DNA from: Nostoc sp.
GTDB lineage: Bacteria > Cyanobacteriota > Cyanobacteriia > Cyanobacteriales > Nostocaceae
Length of the DNA stretch: 64,000 bases
NCBI GenBank assembly: GCA_036918135.1
Contig: JBALDB010000007.1
Coordinates: forward strand, 160,001-224,000
Direction of reading: 5' to 3'
Shown here: positions 50,232 through 61,016 of the stretch, one piece after another
Numbering within the stretch: the first letter of the stretch is position 1
Layout of the letters: each line of letters starts with the position of its first letter
Program-made: the position numbers and the translations under genes
The notes under the pieces: model-generated
What the model saw: the letters and a program-made list of their open reading frames with translations, nothing else
The model's database searches: none
Told to the model about the DNA's origin: nothing

Positions 50232-52079
50232 GTGATAAAGCAAACCATTATTACTGCTGCAATGCCACAATTAATTACAAATCGTACTGAAAAAGAAATT
50301 GCTGAACAAGCAACAATTCAAAGCTTTTTTAATTGTTACCTGCGAGAAACTGGGACGGGCAAAAGTATAAAAGCCAATACTCAAGTAATAGACAATGCCA
50401 TAAATGAGGTATTTACTCGTACCAAAGCTGAGGTATTAATCTGCTGTTACTTAGAGCGTCAAAATATCCAAATATTGGCTGGTTTACGCTATTATTCACT
50501 AACTGGACGCCATTTATTTTACTTTCCAATTTATTATCAGGTAGTAGGAAAAACTGCTCTTTTAGAAGTTGATTACATTACCTTAATTGCTCTGCTGACA
50601 AAAGAATTGGCATCGGCTGATGGTGGCAATGGGCATGAGGACGAATTGCTACGGCGAGTAGTACAAAGCTGTTGGAATATAGAACAGTTTGTTCGGCAGC
50701 GGCGACAGGATGCTGATATTCTTTATGCTTTCAAAAGTAATTTTATTGAAACCGAACAAGCACTAGTTTTTGGGCATCCTTTACACCCAACACCAAAAAG
50801 CCATCAAGGTTTTACACAGAATGAATTAGCTACTTATTCTCCAGAATTGAAAGGACGTTTTCCTCTGCACTACTTTCGCGCCCATCAGTCGATAGTGCAG
50901 TCTGGTTCAGCATTGCCACAAACAGCTATAGAACTAATTAAAGCAGAACTATTGGCAGATACCTGGGTGGATGAAAATTTCAAAATTAACTACTGCCGCC
51001 AAGATGAATATGCTTTGTTACCGATGCATCCTTGGCAGGCAAATTTTCTCTGCCATCAAGCAGTAGTGCAGCAGCTACTAAATCAAGGATTACTGCAAGA
51101 TTTGGGGTTACAGGGGCGAGCTTTTATGCCTACTTCTTCAATTCGCACTGTTTATCATCCTGATGCAAGGTTCATGCTCAAGCTGTCTTTAAACGTTAAG
51201 ATTACTAACTCGATGCGGGCTATCTCGTATAAAGAGTTAAAACGAGCGGTAGAACTTTATCAATTGTTGAATACTGAAGTTGGTAACCAACTAAGCGATC
51301 GCTTCCCACAATTTCATATTATCCGAGAGCCTGCCTACATCACTTTGAAAATAGACGGCGAACCAAGTAGTGGCTTCGCTTCGCTATTGCGAGAAAATGT
51401 TTTCCCAGCCAATCCTGCCACTGATGCAACTTGTTTAATATCCCTATGTCAAGATGCTATGTTTAATCATGGTTCGCGCTTGACAAATATTATCAACTTA
51501 CTCGCAGAGCGCGAACAACGTACCACAAATGAGGTTAGCCGCGATTGGTTTCGCCGTTACCTAACAATTTCCTTAGAGCCGATTCTTTGGCTTTACTTCA
51601 CCTATGGCATAGGCTTAGAAGCGCATCAACAAAATAGTGTTTTACAACTACAAGATGGTTATCCTTACCGCTTCTTTTTCCGTGATAATCAAGATTATTA
51701 TTGTCACCCAGCTTTTCGGGAACATTTAGATAGCATCCTCCCTGGCTTTAGCAACAGAAGCCATACAGTGTGTAAAAATGCTGTTGCTGCTGACGAACGC
51801 TTGGGTTACTACTTTTTCAACAATAATTTGTTGGGGCTGATTAATGCTTTTGGGGTGGGAGGCTTGGTGGATGAGCAAGTACTTTTAGCAGAAGTAAAAA
51901 TTGCTTTAGACAAATATGCACATATAGAGCAAGATAGCTCGAAACTCCTGCATCAGCTTCGTCAGCCGCAATGGCGTTGCAAAGCTAATCTCTTATCCCG
52001 CTTTCATGACATTGATGAAATGCATAGTTCTTTAGCCACCCACTCGATTTATGTTACTATCGACAATCCCTTCATCTAG
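50232..52079 (+). CDS. IucA/IucC-family NRPS-independent siderophore synthetase
   Basis: EQALVFGHPLHPTPKS, LPMHPWQA, PTSSIRT, KLSLNVKITNSMR, EAHQQNS, RDNQ. Confidence 0.93.
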   Translation: MIKQTIITAAMPQLITNRTEKEIAEQATIQSFFNCYLRETGTGKSIKANTQVIDNAINEVFTRTKAEVLICCYLERQNIQILAGLRYYSLTGRHLFYFPIYYQVVGKTALLEVDYITLIALLTKELASADGGNGHEDELLRRVVQSCWNIEQFVRQRRQDADILYAFKSNFIETEQALVFGHPLHPTPKSHQGFTQNELATYSPELKGRFPLHYFRAHQSIVQSGSALPQTAIELIKAELLADTWVDENFKINYCRQDEYALLPMHPWQANFLCHQAVVQQLLNQGLLQDLGLQGRAFMPTSSIRTVYHPDARFMLKLSLNVKITNSMRAISYKELKRAVELYQLLNTEVGNQLSDRFPQFHIIREPAYITLKIDGEPSSGFASLLRENVFPANPATDATCLISLCQDAMFNHGSRLTNIINLLAEREQRTTNEVSRDWFRRYLTISLEPILWLYFTYGIGLEAHQQNSVLQLQDGYPYRFFFRDNQDYYCHPAFREHLDSILPGFSNRSHTVCKNAVAADERLGYYFFNNNLLGLINAFGVGGLVDEQVLLAEVKIALDKYAHIEQDSSKLLHQLRQPQWRCKANLLSRFHDIDEMHSSLATHSIYVTIDNPFI

Positions 52080-52315
52080 GACTAGTATCTGACTTTTTAA
52101 AATTACTCGTATAGATAGGGAATACAAAAGTAAAGAATTAGAGCTGTACGGATTTATTCAGAAATTAAACCGAATTTGTATATTTTGATTTTGCTCTGAA
52201 AAATGGCTACAAAAATAACCGTCTATACTATGAACATTAAAGCAAAACCGCATAACAGTTTAGCCATCTTCAAGGTAGCTTAGTATTAATCGAGGAAACC
52301 GTGAAGCGTGAGTTT

Positions 52316-52990
52316 ATGACAAGTACCGTTCAATCCCCTTACAGCAGCGAACAAATTGCCGCTTGGTTACGTGGACTGCTTACCATTGCTTGGGCTGATG
52401 GTAATTTTGATGAGCAGGAACAGCAAATAATTGCCAGTATCACTAAACATGAATTAGCTCCTAAGATTCAATGGGACTCACTAGAGATTATTACGCCTGA
52501 GGAATTAGCCGCAGTGTTGGGTAAAGGTACAGCAGCAGAAAATTTCTTAAGGACAGCGGTGATGGTAGCGATCGCAGATGGTACTTATTCTCCCAGTGAA
52601 GATGGAGTTCTGCAACAGTTTTGCCAAGCTTTAGAACAGCCAGAGAGTTTACTCCAAGCCCTGCGTTATACCCTAGAACATCCACAGCAAATTACCCCCG
52701 CCATCCCTGCAACTGGGCTTACAAAACGCCAAATTCATGCACTACATCATGTGCGCGACTGGCTCGATCGATTAGATATCCAAGACCCAAGAGTAGCCCG
52801 CTTTTTGTGTAAAATGATTCCCTCCCAGTGCCCCTTTGAACGCGATGTCACCCTGTTTAAACGTAAGATTGTGCATATACCTCCGATGTGTAAAATTAAC
52901 CCATTATATGAACAACTGGTAGGCTTGCGTTTCCGCGCTCTCTCCTATTTGGCAGATAAATGCGGTGAAGATATTTCACCATATATTTAG
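52316..52990 (+). CDS. TerB-like / Mo-dependent nitrogenase C-terminal domain protein
   Basis: IAWADG, VAIADG; C-terminal IPSQCPFERD..HIPPMCKINPLYEQLVGLRFRAL. Confidence 0.85.
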   Translation: MTSTVQSPYSSEQIAAWLRGLLTIAWADGNFDEQEQQIIASITKHELAPKIQWDSLEIITPEELAAVLGKGTAAENFLRTAVMVAIADGTYSPSEDGVLQQFCQALEQPESLLQALRYTLEHPQQITPAIPATGLTKRQIHALHHVRDWLDRLDIQDPRVARFLCKMIPSQCPFERDVTLFKRKIVHIPPMCKINPLYEQLVGLRFRALSYLADKCGEDISPYI

Positions 52991-53087
52991 TCATTGGTCA
53001 TTAGTCATTAACTTAGGTAGCATAATCTCAAGTAGGAGGTTTCAAGAATTACGGGTTTATCAATTGGCAATATTCCAAATGACCAAT

Positions 53088-53156
53088 ACTTCTCTACGAG
53101 AGGCTGCGCCAACGGCTTACCTCGGCTTTGCTCGGCACAAGTCGCTCAGTACAAGT
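53088..53156 (+). repeat. Nested small dispersed repeats
   Basis: ACTTC[21 nt]GGCT[24 nt]TCGCTCAGTACAAGT; the reconstructed host element resembles the inner 24-mer. Confidence 0.65.
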
Positions 53157-53185
53157 GATTAATGACTAATGACTAATGACTAACT

Positions 53186-54208
53186 ATGCAATTTATCGAC
53201 CAAGCAGAAATTGAAGTTGCAGCTGGCAAGGGCGGCGATGGTATTGTCGCCTTCCGGCGCGAGAAGTACGTGCCGGCTGGTGGCCCCTCTGGTGGGAACG
53301 GAGGGCGAGGTGGTTCGGTAATTTTTGTTGCCGAGCAAAACCTGCAAACGTTGCTGGACTTCAGATACAATCATCGCTTTCAAGGCGAAAACGGTACTCG
53401 TGGAGGCCCAAATAATTGTACTGGGGCTAATGGCAAAGATTTGATAGTTGAAGTTCCCTGTGGTACAGCCGTTTATAATGCCGAAACAAGCGAATTGTTA
53501 GGCGATTTAATTGAGCCTCAGCAAACTTTGCTTGTTGCTCAAGGTGGTAAAGGTGGACTGGGAAATCAGCATTTTTTAAGCAACCGTAACCGTGCCCCCG
53601 AATACGCTCTCCCAGGATTACCAGGAGAAATAAAGCAGTTACGTCTGGAGTTGAAACTTTTGGCAGAAGTCGGGATTATTGGCTTACCAAATGCTGGTAA
53701 ATCGACTTTAATTTCATCTTTATCAGCCGCACGCCCAAAAATTGCAGACTACCCGTTCACTACCTTGATCCCTAATTTGGGTGTAGTCAGAAAACCTACT
53801 GGCGATGGTACTGTTTTCGCTGACATTCCCGGATTAATAGAAGGAGCTGCCCAAGGGGCTGGACTAGGACACGATTTTTTGCGTCATATCGAGCGCACAC
53901 GGGTGCTACTGCACTTAATTGATGCCACTAGTGATGATGTGGTTAGAGATTATAATACAATTCAACAAGAATTAAAAGCTTATGGAAGAGGTTTAGCAGA
54001 GCGATCGCAAATTGTGGCGTTGAATAAAGTTGATGCAGTCGATCGCGAAACTGTCGATTTGGAGGCATTAGCTACCCAACTAAATCATCTCTCCTATGCC
54101 CCGGTTTTTTTGATTTCAGCAGTTACCCGCATCGGTTTAGAGCCAATGTTACAGCAAATCTGGGAAATTCTTGAGCAAATCAAACCTGCTCAAGAATTAG
54201 AGGTATAG
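53186..54208 (+). CDS. obgE: GTPase ObgE/CgtA
   Basis: [42 protein letters not shown]. Confidence 0.97.
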   Translation: MQFIDQAEIEVAAGKGGDGIVAFRREKYVPAGGPSGGNGGRGGSVIFVAEQNLQTLLDFRYNHRFQGENGTRGGPNNCTGANGKDLIVEVPCGTAVYNAETSELLGDLIEPQQTLLVAQGGKGGLGNQHFLSNRNRAPEYALPGLPGEIKQLRLELKLLAEVGIIGLPNAGKSTLISSLSAARPKIADYPFTTLIPNLGVVRKPTGDGTVFADIPGLIEGAAQGAGLGHDFLRHIERTRVLLHLIDATSDDVVRDYNTIQQELKAYGRGLAERSQIVALNKVDAVDRETVDLEALATQLNHLSYAPVFLISAVTRIGLEPMLQQIWEILEQIKPAQELEV

Positions 54209-54227
54209 AAAATTACTAATTCATAAT

Positions 54228-54372
54228 GAGTTGGTAATTGGTAATTGCTAAAAGGTGAACATTAGTAATTGGTAATTGGTATTTGGTAATTGGAAAGAGG
54301 TGAACAGTTGTGTTTTTTACCATTACCAATTAGCCATTACCCATTCCCCATTACCCATCACCTATTCCCGAT
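54228..54372. repeat. STRR heptamers forming a large inverted structure between convergent genes
   Basis: GGTAATT repeats followed by TTACCCA/ATTCCCC repeats. Confidence 0.65.
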
Positions 54373-54397
54373 TACACATTAGCCGATTAAGTACGAA

Positions 54398-56803
54398 TTA
54401 TATTGATATACCCTGGTTTAAGGGAATTCCAATTATGAACTCAGCTCCTTGTCCTGGTTGCGAAATACATTGTAAGGAACCACTATGTCTTTCTGTAACA
54501 ATTTGGTAGCTGATAGCAAGTCCCATTCCCGTACCTTTGCCGATGGGCTTAGTAGTAAAAAACGGATCGAAAATCTGTTTTTGTACATCTTTTTGTATTC
54601 CCAATCCGTTGTCGGCAATTCTAATCGTTACCTGATTTTGCTCCAATAATTCGGTACGAATGCGAATCTTGAGAATTGGGCATGGGACGGGCAAACAGGG
54701 CATTGAGAGTGTGGGAGGGGTGGGAAGCTTTTTTATAATCTCCCCATTCCCTACTCGCTGTTCTAAAGCATCGATCGCATTTGTCAAAATGTTCATAAAT
54801 ACTTGGTTTAACTGCCCAGCGTAACATTCAACTAAAGGTAGTTTGCCGTATTCTTTGATTACTTCAATTTTTGGGCGGTGGTCGTTAGCCTTGAAGCGGT
54901 TTTGCAAAATCATCAAAGTACTATCGATCCCCTCATGGATGTCAACTGCTTTCATTTCAGCTTCATCTAAGCGGGAAAAAGTTCGCAGAGAAAGTACAAT
55001 CTCGCGAATCCTGTTTGCACCAATGTTCATGGAGTTGAGTGTTTGCGGCAAATCTAACTTCAAAAAGTCGAGTTCGATCGCTTCTACAAAATTCTGAATT
55101 TCTTGCACGGGTTGAGGATAGTATTTTTCGTAGAGTTCCAAAAGTGAAAGTAAATCTTGGGTGTATTCATTGGCAGGGTTGAGGTTACCATAGATAAAAT
55201 TCACTGGGTTATTAATTTCGTGTGCTACTCCTGCAACTAATTGACCCAAGCTCGACATCTTTTCACTTTGAATCAACTGAATTTGGGTGCATTGAAGTTC
55301 GTCGAGTGCTTGTTGGAGTTCTTCGGCTTGTTGTCGTAGTTGTTCTTCTGACTCTAGTAAGGCTTGTTTTGCTCGTCTGCGTTCTGTGATATCCAATACC
55401 ATCGAAGCAACGCCAATTACCTGACCATCAGCATCTACTAAGGGGTTGTTATACCACTCACAGACCATTGTCTTACCATCTTTAGTGACGTTCTCGTTAA
55501 CACTAAAACTGCCTCCTTTTTGTGTTAATAAGGCAGTAGCAATCTCATTGACGTGTTTTCTGACATTTTCCGGAATTATAATCTCAAAAGAATTTCCTAG
55601 CATTTCCTCTGGGCTGTATCCAAAGATTTTTTCTGCTGCCCGATTCCATGTTTGAATTTCAAAGTTGGTATTCCATTCAATAATGGCTAAAGGTGTTTGT
55701 TCAATCAGCAAGGCCAGTCTTTGCTGTGAAGCTTTCAGTTCTGTTTCTGCTTGCTTATATTCGGTAATGTCGCGAAAATACAAAATCCTACCGTAATAGT
55801 CTTCTACGGCTTCATATCTACATACAGGCGCACAATAGCGGTCAAAAGTTTTTCCACATTTGAGTAAAATTTCATCACGGATACTTTCTTGTGGATGTTG
55901 ATAAAGAAACTCCACTTTAGACAGAAATTCCTCTGGATTGATTAATTGGTCTAGTACCCATCCCAGCAGTTGGCGATCGTCGCCTGTTTGGATAATTTGT
56001 GGCGGAATTTGCCATAATTGACAAAATTTCTGATTATATGATGCAACTTGACGATTTTCATCAATAATTAAAATTGCGTCAATCGAAGCTTCTTGCTGGG
56101 CTTGCAGCACAGCATTAATACGGTATAAATCTTGCTCTATTTGTTGACGTTCACCCAATTTGGCTTGCTGTTGGCTATCCTTGAGTAAGTAACTATCTGT
56201 CAAATCCTGGTAATGCCGACGTTCTGATTCTGCTGTTTGATAAGCTCCTGCTAGTTCTTTGTTTTGTTGGCGCAGTTCTTCGACGGTTTCCCGAAGTGCC
56301 TCACAAGTTTGTATTAGTTCTGTTATATCAATAATATTACTGAGACAACGGTCTTTATTAGTTTTATCTTCTAAAATAAAGTCTCGAATACTACCTACCA
56401 AAAATTTATTACTAGTTTCATCTTCAAAGCAAGACTTTTTTGTATAAATGAGATGAGTTCTACCCTCAGCATCAGTACAAATATGCTGATTTTTCTCAAA
56501 AATATTTGTAGTAAAAATTAGTTCATCTTTTTCCCAAAAAATATCAGCTTCTGTTTGAGGAAAAAAATCATAATCTGACTTGCCAATTAATTCTTCTCGG
56601 CTGTGACCCAGGAAATCACAGTAGCTATCGTTGATTAGTACCCAGCGATGTTGACGGTCTTTGATAAAAATTGGGTCAGGTATGCTATTAAGCATCTGAT
56701 GCAGAAACACCAAAGAGAAGTTTTGTTGCTGAGTGTTTTGTTTTTGCGCGCGATTATTTAGGAATCTAGGATGGTTCATACCCGAATTTATGTCTAATAT
56801 CAA
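54398..56803 (-). CDS. Cytoplasmic multi-PAS sensor histidine kinase (NtrB-like HisKA)
   Basis: Three PAS domains, [51 protein letters not shown]. Confidence 0.93.
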   Translation of the reverse strand: MILDINSGMNHPRFLNNRAQKQNTQQQNFSLVFLHQMLNSIPDPIFIKDRQHRWVLINDSYCDFLGHSREELIGKSDYDFFPQTEADIFWEKDELIFTTNIFEKNQHICTDAEGRTHLIYTKKSCFEDETSNKFLVGSIRDFILEDKTNKDRCLSNIIDITELIQTCEALRETVEELRQQNKELAGAYQTAESERRHYQDLTDSYLLKDSQQQAKLGERQQIEQDLYRINAVLQAQQEASIDAILIIDENRQVASYNQKFCQLWQIPPQIIQTGDDRQLLGWVLDQLINPEEFLSKVEFLYQHPQESIRDEILLKCGKTFDRYCAPVCRYEAVEDYYGRILYFRDITEYKQAETELKASQQRLALLIEQTPLAIIEWNTNFEIQTWNRAAEKIFGYSPEEMLGNSFEIIIPENVRKHVNEIATALLTQKGGSFSVNENVTKDGKTMVCEWYNNPLVDADGQVIGVASMVLDITERRRAKQALLESEEQLRQQAEELQQALDELQCTQIQLIQSEKMSSLGQLVAGVAHEINNPVNFIYGNLNPANEYTQDLLSLLELYEKYYPQPVQEIQNFVEAIELDFLKLDLPQTLNSMNIGANRIREIVLSLRTFSRLDEAEMKAVDIHEGIDSTLMILQNRFKANDHRPKIEVIKEYGKLPLVECYAGQLNQVFMNILTNAIDALEQRVGNGEIIKKLPTPPTLSMPCLPVPCPILKIRIRTELLEQNQVTIRIADNGLGIQKDVQKQIFDPFFTTKPIGKGTGMGLAISYQIVTERHSGSLQCISQPGQGAEFIIGIPLNQGISI

Positions 56804-56877
56804 GCTAAAAAAAGCTGCTTAGCTAACTAAGTGTCAGGATGAGTATTATTTATTATTCCCAGACTAATACCAGTTCT

Positions 56878-57435
56878 CTAAGAAGCTGCATAGAATAAAG
56901 CTTCATGAAATAGAGCTTCGAGGATGAAATCATAACTTGTCAAAGAGGAGATTAATTCAGAAGACATTTGAGCCAATTCCAATTGAACTCGCTGACGTAG
57001 CTGCTTCAAAGAAGAAAAATTTTCACCTTTCCATTGACGTTTAATATGCTGCCACAATCGTTCAATAGGATTCAGTTGAGGGCTATGAGCAGGCTGAAAT
57101 ATTGGGATAAGATTGTCAGGCCAGATTAATGCTAACGCTTGATGGGCACAAGCCCGATCCATTTGAATCAGTGCCATATCCTTGCCCAATTCTAATGAGA
57201 GGGCATCTAAAAACTTCTGAAAAGTCTCACTATTAAGATGATCGTACTCCTGATAAAACTGCCAACCGACAAATGGCTCAACTACTCCATATAGCCAGAA
57301 TGCTTCACGTGGCCATTGCACTGATACTTTCGGTTTCACACCGCGAGCCGTAATCACTCGCCCTGTTTCGGTTTTCAGACCAATTCGAGTTTCATCTTGG
57401 CATAAGTAACGCAATCGCTTACCGTTACCCAGCAA
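56878..57435 (-). CDS. IS630 transposase ORF B (DDE part), expressed by -1 frameshift
   Basis: QDETRIG, MDRACAH, PAHSPQLNPIERLW. Confidence 0.88.
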   Translation of the reverse strand: MLGNGKRLRYLCQDETRIGLKTETGRVITARGVKPKVSVQWPREAFWLYGVVEPFVGWQFYQEYDHLNSETFQKFLDALSLELGKDMALIQMDRACAHQALALIWPDNLIPIFQPAHSPQLNPIERLWQHIKRQWKGENFSSLKQLRQRVQLELAQMSSELISSLTSYDFILEALFHEALFYAAS

Positions 57436-57446
57436 ATTTTGTAGAG

Positions 57447-57950
57447 CTAGTAAGGCAAAGGGAATGTTTTTTTAAACAGGCTCACTGCCTGTTCATCCTG
57501 TTCCTTACTTACTGGTCGAGGCACTTTTAGTGTCGCCTTGAGTTCATAGCGCACCCAACGGTAAACCGTTTTATATTTGACTTGTATATTAAATTTCTGC
57601 TCTAGCCATTCAACAATCTGTCCATAGCTGCTAAATCCCTGTGGACATTGAAGTTTCTCCTTGAACTCAGATAAAACCTCTCCTTGAATCTTTGGCATTG
57701 CTCCAGGTGCAACGTTGACCTCCAGTAACTTTGCCAATCCCCCTTGTCGATACTTTTGCAACCACCGTGTGACGGTTGAGGCATCTCTACCCAATATGCG
57801 GCTCAATTCCTTATGCTGTGTAACTTGTCCTGTTTTTAGCCACCAAATCATTTGTAAGCGTTCTTTGTCGATCGCAGTGCGAGCATTTTTCAGGCTTTTG
57901 GACAAATACTCTGTACTCTCGCTTATTTCTAGATTAAAGGGACGTGCCAT
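57447..57950 (-). CDS. IS630 transposase ORF A (HTH part)
   Basis: STVTRWLQKYRQGGL, YKTVYRWVRYELKATLKVPRP; ends just after TTTAAAAAAAC slippery site. Confidence 0.88.
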   Translation of the reverse strand: MARPFNLEISESTEYLSKSLKNARTAIDKERLQMIWWLKTGQVTQHKELSRILGRDASTVTRWLQKYRQGGLAKLLEVNVAPGAMPKIQGEVLSEFKEKLQCPQGFSSYGQIVEWLEQKFNIQVKYKTVYRWVRYELKATLKVPRPVSKEQDEQAVSLFKKTFPLPY

Positions 57951-58087
57951 CGTTTACCTCTAGTCTTGATTCTTTCCTGCTCTCTATTTTATTGTTCTAT
58001 GCAGCCTCACATAGAATTGGTATCAAAAGGGGGCTAATAATAATTAGCTCTATTAAGCTTTTAGAGAAATGGTATTAAAACTTGGAA

Positions 58088-58318
58088 GTTGAGCTTCTGA
58101 GGGTGAACGTTGAACTTCTGAGGGTGAAAGTTGAGCTTCTGAAGGTGAACGTTGAACTTCTGAGGGTGAACGTTGAGCTTCTGAAGGTGAAAGTTGAGCT
58201 TCTGAAGGTGAACGTTGAGCTTTTGAAAGTGAACGTTGAGCTTCTGAAGGTGAAAGTTGAACTTCTGAAGGTGAAAGTTGAGCTTCTGAAGGTGAAAGTT
58301 GAGCCTCTGAGGGTGAAA
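58088..58318. repeat. Tandem array of 11 x 21-bp units (GTTGARCTTCTGARGGTGAAM), no spacers
   Basis: Units start at 58088, 58109, 58130 ... 58298 with exact 21-bp periodicity. Confidence 0.95.
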
Positions 58319-58404
58319 TTTCAAATTTTAACTTCCTCTCCCTCCTACCCAATTTCCATTACCCCTTATCCCCAGCACGGGCCCCACCTTCCCCAATCCC
58401 CAAT

Positions 58405-59844
58405 TTAATAAACCCCAGTCCATGAGCGTAACATCGGAATAATGTAAGAAATAGGTGCTTTTTCTCCAACTTTGACTTGAACAGAAGTAGTTGTGCCAGA
58501 GGATATTTTAACGGCTCCTCCATCAGAAGATGACCATTTGTAGCCACTAATTGATGTATTATTTTCTTCTAGTTGCACAAGGGCTTGTACTTTTCCTTCA
58601 CCTTTACCTGCAAGAGAAGCGGCAATTTCTTTGTTACCAATTAGCGCCGTTATATCTTGTGTAGTTACTGGAAAAGAAGAGATATTTGCAACGGTTCCGA
58701 CAATACCACCTTCGCGTTCGCGTTTGGCAAAGCTGGGAGTCACTTGTACAGCCATCCCCGACTTGATTTGCTTGCCATCTTTATTTGCGAAGTAAACAAG
58801 ACTCATCAGTTTTGAATTTGGCTGTTCAGCTTCGATTGACCCCAAGCGAGTACCCGGATTCATCATTTGACCGGGAACAACGCTCAGTTCGAGAATGTGA
58901 CCGTTATATTTGCTGATGATTCTACTTTCTTGAGATAATTGCAATTCTAATTGGGCAATTCGGCGTTTGACTTCTCGAATTTGATTGGCTTTGTCAATTG
59001 TTTGCTTGAGGTCTTGTTCTTGTAATTTAGTATTTTGAGTATTCAGGTCTTTTATTTTGGTTTTAATTTCGTCAATTTTATTAAGATTCTCTAGATATTC
59101 TCGTTGTGTATTGGTTTCTTGAATTTCTAGATCCTTGAGTTGCACATCAATCTCAGATAGTTCTGCTTGAGTATTGAAATATTCCTGTTCAGCTTGCACA
59201 ACCATGTCTTGGCTGATAACATGATTCTCAAAAAGCTGTCGACGATTATCAACCCGTCCTTGTAAGGTTTTGAGTAAGTAGTTAATTTGCTGTTTGCGAG
59301 AATTGATACTTTGACGTTTTTGGGCGATCGCTCTTAAAGTTTGGTCGCGTAATTTGGGCGCACTTTGCTCTCGACGCAGATTATTTTCTAAATCTATTTT
59401 CTGCTGTCCAAGAGTGATGATTTGTTGCTCAATTAGCAATTTTTGAAATCTCTCAGTTTCTTGATTTTGAGTTTGCAATTGTTGCAACTTTATTTGCTCT
59501 TGCTGTAATTGCTGCTTCAACACCGATTGGTCGATAATACCCAGTACATCACCTTGTTTAATACTATCCCCCGGCTTCACCTTGAGAGTTAGTAACGGCC
59601 CGGAACTAGGTGCTTGAAATTCCACCACATGGTGCGGTTTAATCAAGATACCTTGACCTGTGACAGTGAGGGGAATTTTACCAAACACACTCCAAACCCC
59701 AGCCACAGCAACCACAAAACTCATTGCAGATAAACTCAGCCAAGCTTGAGGCTTGACCACATTGATTGCTCGATCCAGTTGTTCTGGTGAAGATAAGCGA
59801 TCTAGTGCTTCTTGGCGGAAAATATGGCTGTGTTTGAGTTGCAT
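58405..59844 (-). CDS. NHLP/NHLM bacteriocin system secretion protein (HlyD-family membrane fusion protein)
   Basis: IFRQEALDRLSSPEQLD, one TM helix, long coiled coil, SGYKWSSSDG, PISYIIP. Confidence 0.92.
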   Translation of the reverse strand: MQLKHSHIFRQEALDRLSSPEQLDRAINVVKPQAWLSLSAMSFVVAVAGVWSVFGKIPLTVTGQGILIKPHHVVEFQAPSSGPLLTLKVKPGDSIKQGDVLGIIDQSVLKQQLQQEQIKLQQLQTQNQETERFQKLLIEQQIITLGQQKIDLENNLRREQSAPKLRDQTLRAIAQKRQSINSRKQQINYLLKTLQGRVDNRRQLFENHVISQDMVVQAEQEYFNTQAELSEIDVQLKDLEIQETNTQREYLENLNKIDEIKTKIKDLNTQNTKLQEQDLKQTIDKANQIREVKRRIAQLELQLSQESRIISKYNGHILELSVVPGQMMNPGTRLGSIEAEQPNSKLMSLVYFANKDGKQIKSGMAVQVTPSFAKREREGGIVGTVANISSFPVTTQDITALIGNKEIAASLAGKGEGKVQALVQLEENNTSISGYKWSSSDGGAVKISSGTTTSVQVKVGEKAPISYIIPMLRSWTGVY

Positions 59845-60214
59845 TGTTCTCCTGGTTCCTGACAGCGCTTAGAGCTTCAAGTCTTCTAGACTTTTAAGAT
59901 TAAAGTGCGATCGGGGAGAACTAGGGGAGATTTCAGCAAAATAGTCCTGCCTCGTAATTGGAGTTTAGACTAAAGCATGACAAAATGACCCAGCAGTAGT
60001 AAGTTTACAAGTTACACATCTGGAAGTAGAAAAACTAAAACGTCAAGCAGATTGTAGTTGTTCTTTCAGCTTATTAGTACTCTTTTTGACTGTCGGAAAA
60101 CGAATTCTACGCAGACGTGCTTTGCCAGCTTTGACACTGATATCTAGAGTTGCTGTTCTTGCTGGACAGAACACATACCCAAAGCAGAAAATTGGATCGA
60201 AAGGAGAAATCACC

Positions 60215-60880
60215 ATGACCCTGACAATGACACCCACTATTACCGCCTTTGAACGGTCGCCTGATGGCGGCAAGGGACTGGCGCGTGACATGCGCGTTCG
60301 CTGGGCGCTCGAAGAAGTCGGTCAACCTTACAACGTTCGTCTTGTTTCGTTCAGTGAGATGAAGCAACCCGCGCACCTTGCGCTTCATCCTTTCGGGCAA
60401 ATTCCAACCTACGAGTCAGGCGATCTCGCCCTGTTCGAGTCGGGGGCGATCGTGTTTCATATCGCGGAGGGTCATACAGGGCTGTTGCCAGACGATGCGA
60501 ATAGTCGAGCGCGAGCGATCGCATGGATGTTTGCCGCACTTAACACGATGGAGCCGCCAATTGTTGATTGGGGAATCACCACGTTATTAGAGCGCGATCG
60601 GGCCTGGTACGAGCAGCGCTTGGGTGTTGTCGAAGGTCGCGTCCGTAATCGGCTTTTAGAACTTTCCAGTCACCTTGGAGATGCCGACTGGCTTGATGGC
60701 GCATTCAGCGCAGGCGACCTGATGATGGTGTCAGTGCTGCTCAGATTGAAAAACTCAGGTATGCTCTTTGACTATCCGAATCTCTCTACCTATCTTGCCC
60801 GTGGCGAAGCGCGGCCCGCCTTCAAGCGTGCTTTCGCCGCTCAATTAGCGGTTTTCACTCTTCAGCAACCAACTGGCTGA
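60215..60880 (+). CDS. Glutathione S-transferase family protein
   Basis: RVRWALEE, HPFGQIP, LFESGAI, FSAGDLMM, ARPAFKRA; ATG follows AAGGAG. Confidence 0.92.
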   Translation: MTLTMTPTITAFERSPDGGKGLARDMRVRWALEEVGQPYNVRLVSFSEMKQPAHLALHPFGQIPTYESGDLALFESGAIVFHIAEGHTGLLPDDANSRARAIAWMFAALNTMEPPIVDWGITTLLERDRAWYEQRLGVVEGRVRNRLLELSSHLGDADWLDGAFSAGDLMMVSVLLRLKNSGMLFDYPNLSTYLARGEARPAFKRAFAAQLAVFTLQQPTG

Positions 60881-61016
60881 CTAGCGCAAAAGACTGATGC
60901 CAGATCGCCTCTCGTAAAGAAGGGCTTGCCGCAGCGAAAAGTCAAAGCGGCGGTTCCCGCCGATCTGAACTTATCAAGACAGGCTACCGCAAAGGACGCA
61001 AAGGAAAGGAATAGGC

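Larger units (their letters stand above)
56867..58023 (-). mobile_element. IS630-family insertion sequence, apparently full length
   Basis: Inverted ends ATACCAGTTCTCTAAGAAGCTGCATAGAATA / TGTTCTATGCAGCCTCACATAGAATTGGTAT; TA on the left flank, CA on the right; two-ORF transposase. Confidence 0.9.

Noticed and set aside
52316..52990. Nitrogenase gene
   Set aside because: The Mo-nitrogenase C-terminal domain name is historical; no nif motifs or nif neighbours.
58088..58318. CRISPR array
   Set aside because: Units are head-to-tail with no unique spacers; no cas genes in the window.
58053..58352. Ser-rich repeat ORF as LanM precursor peptide
   Set aside because: No Cys, no Nif11/NHLP leader, no double-glycine cleavage motif.
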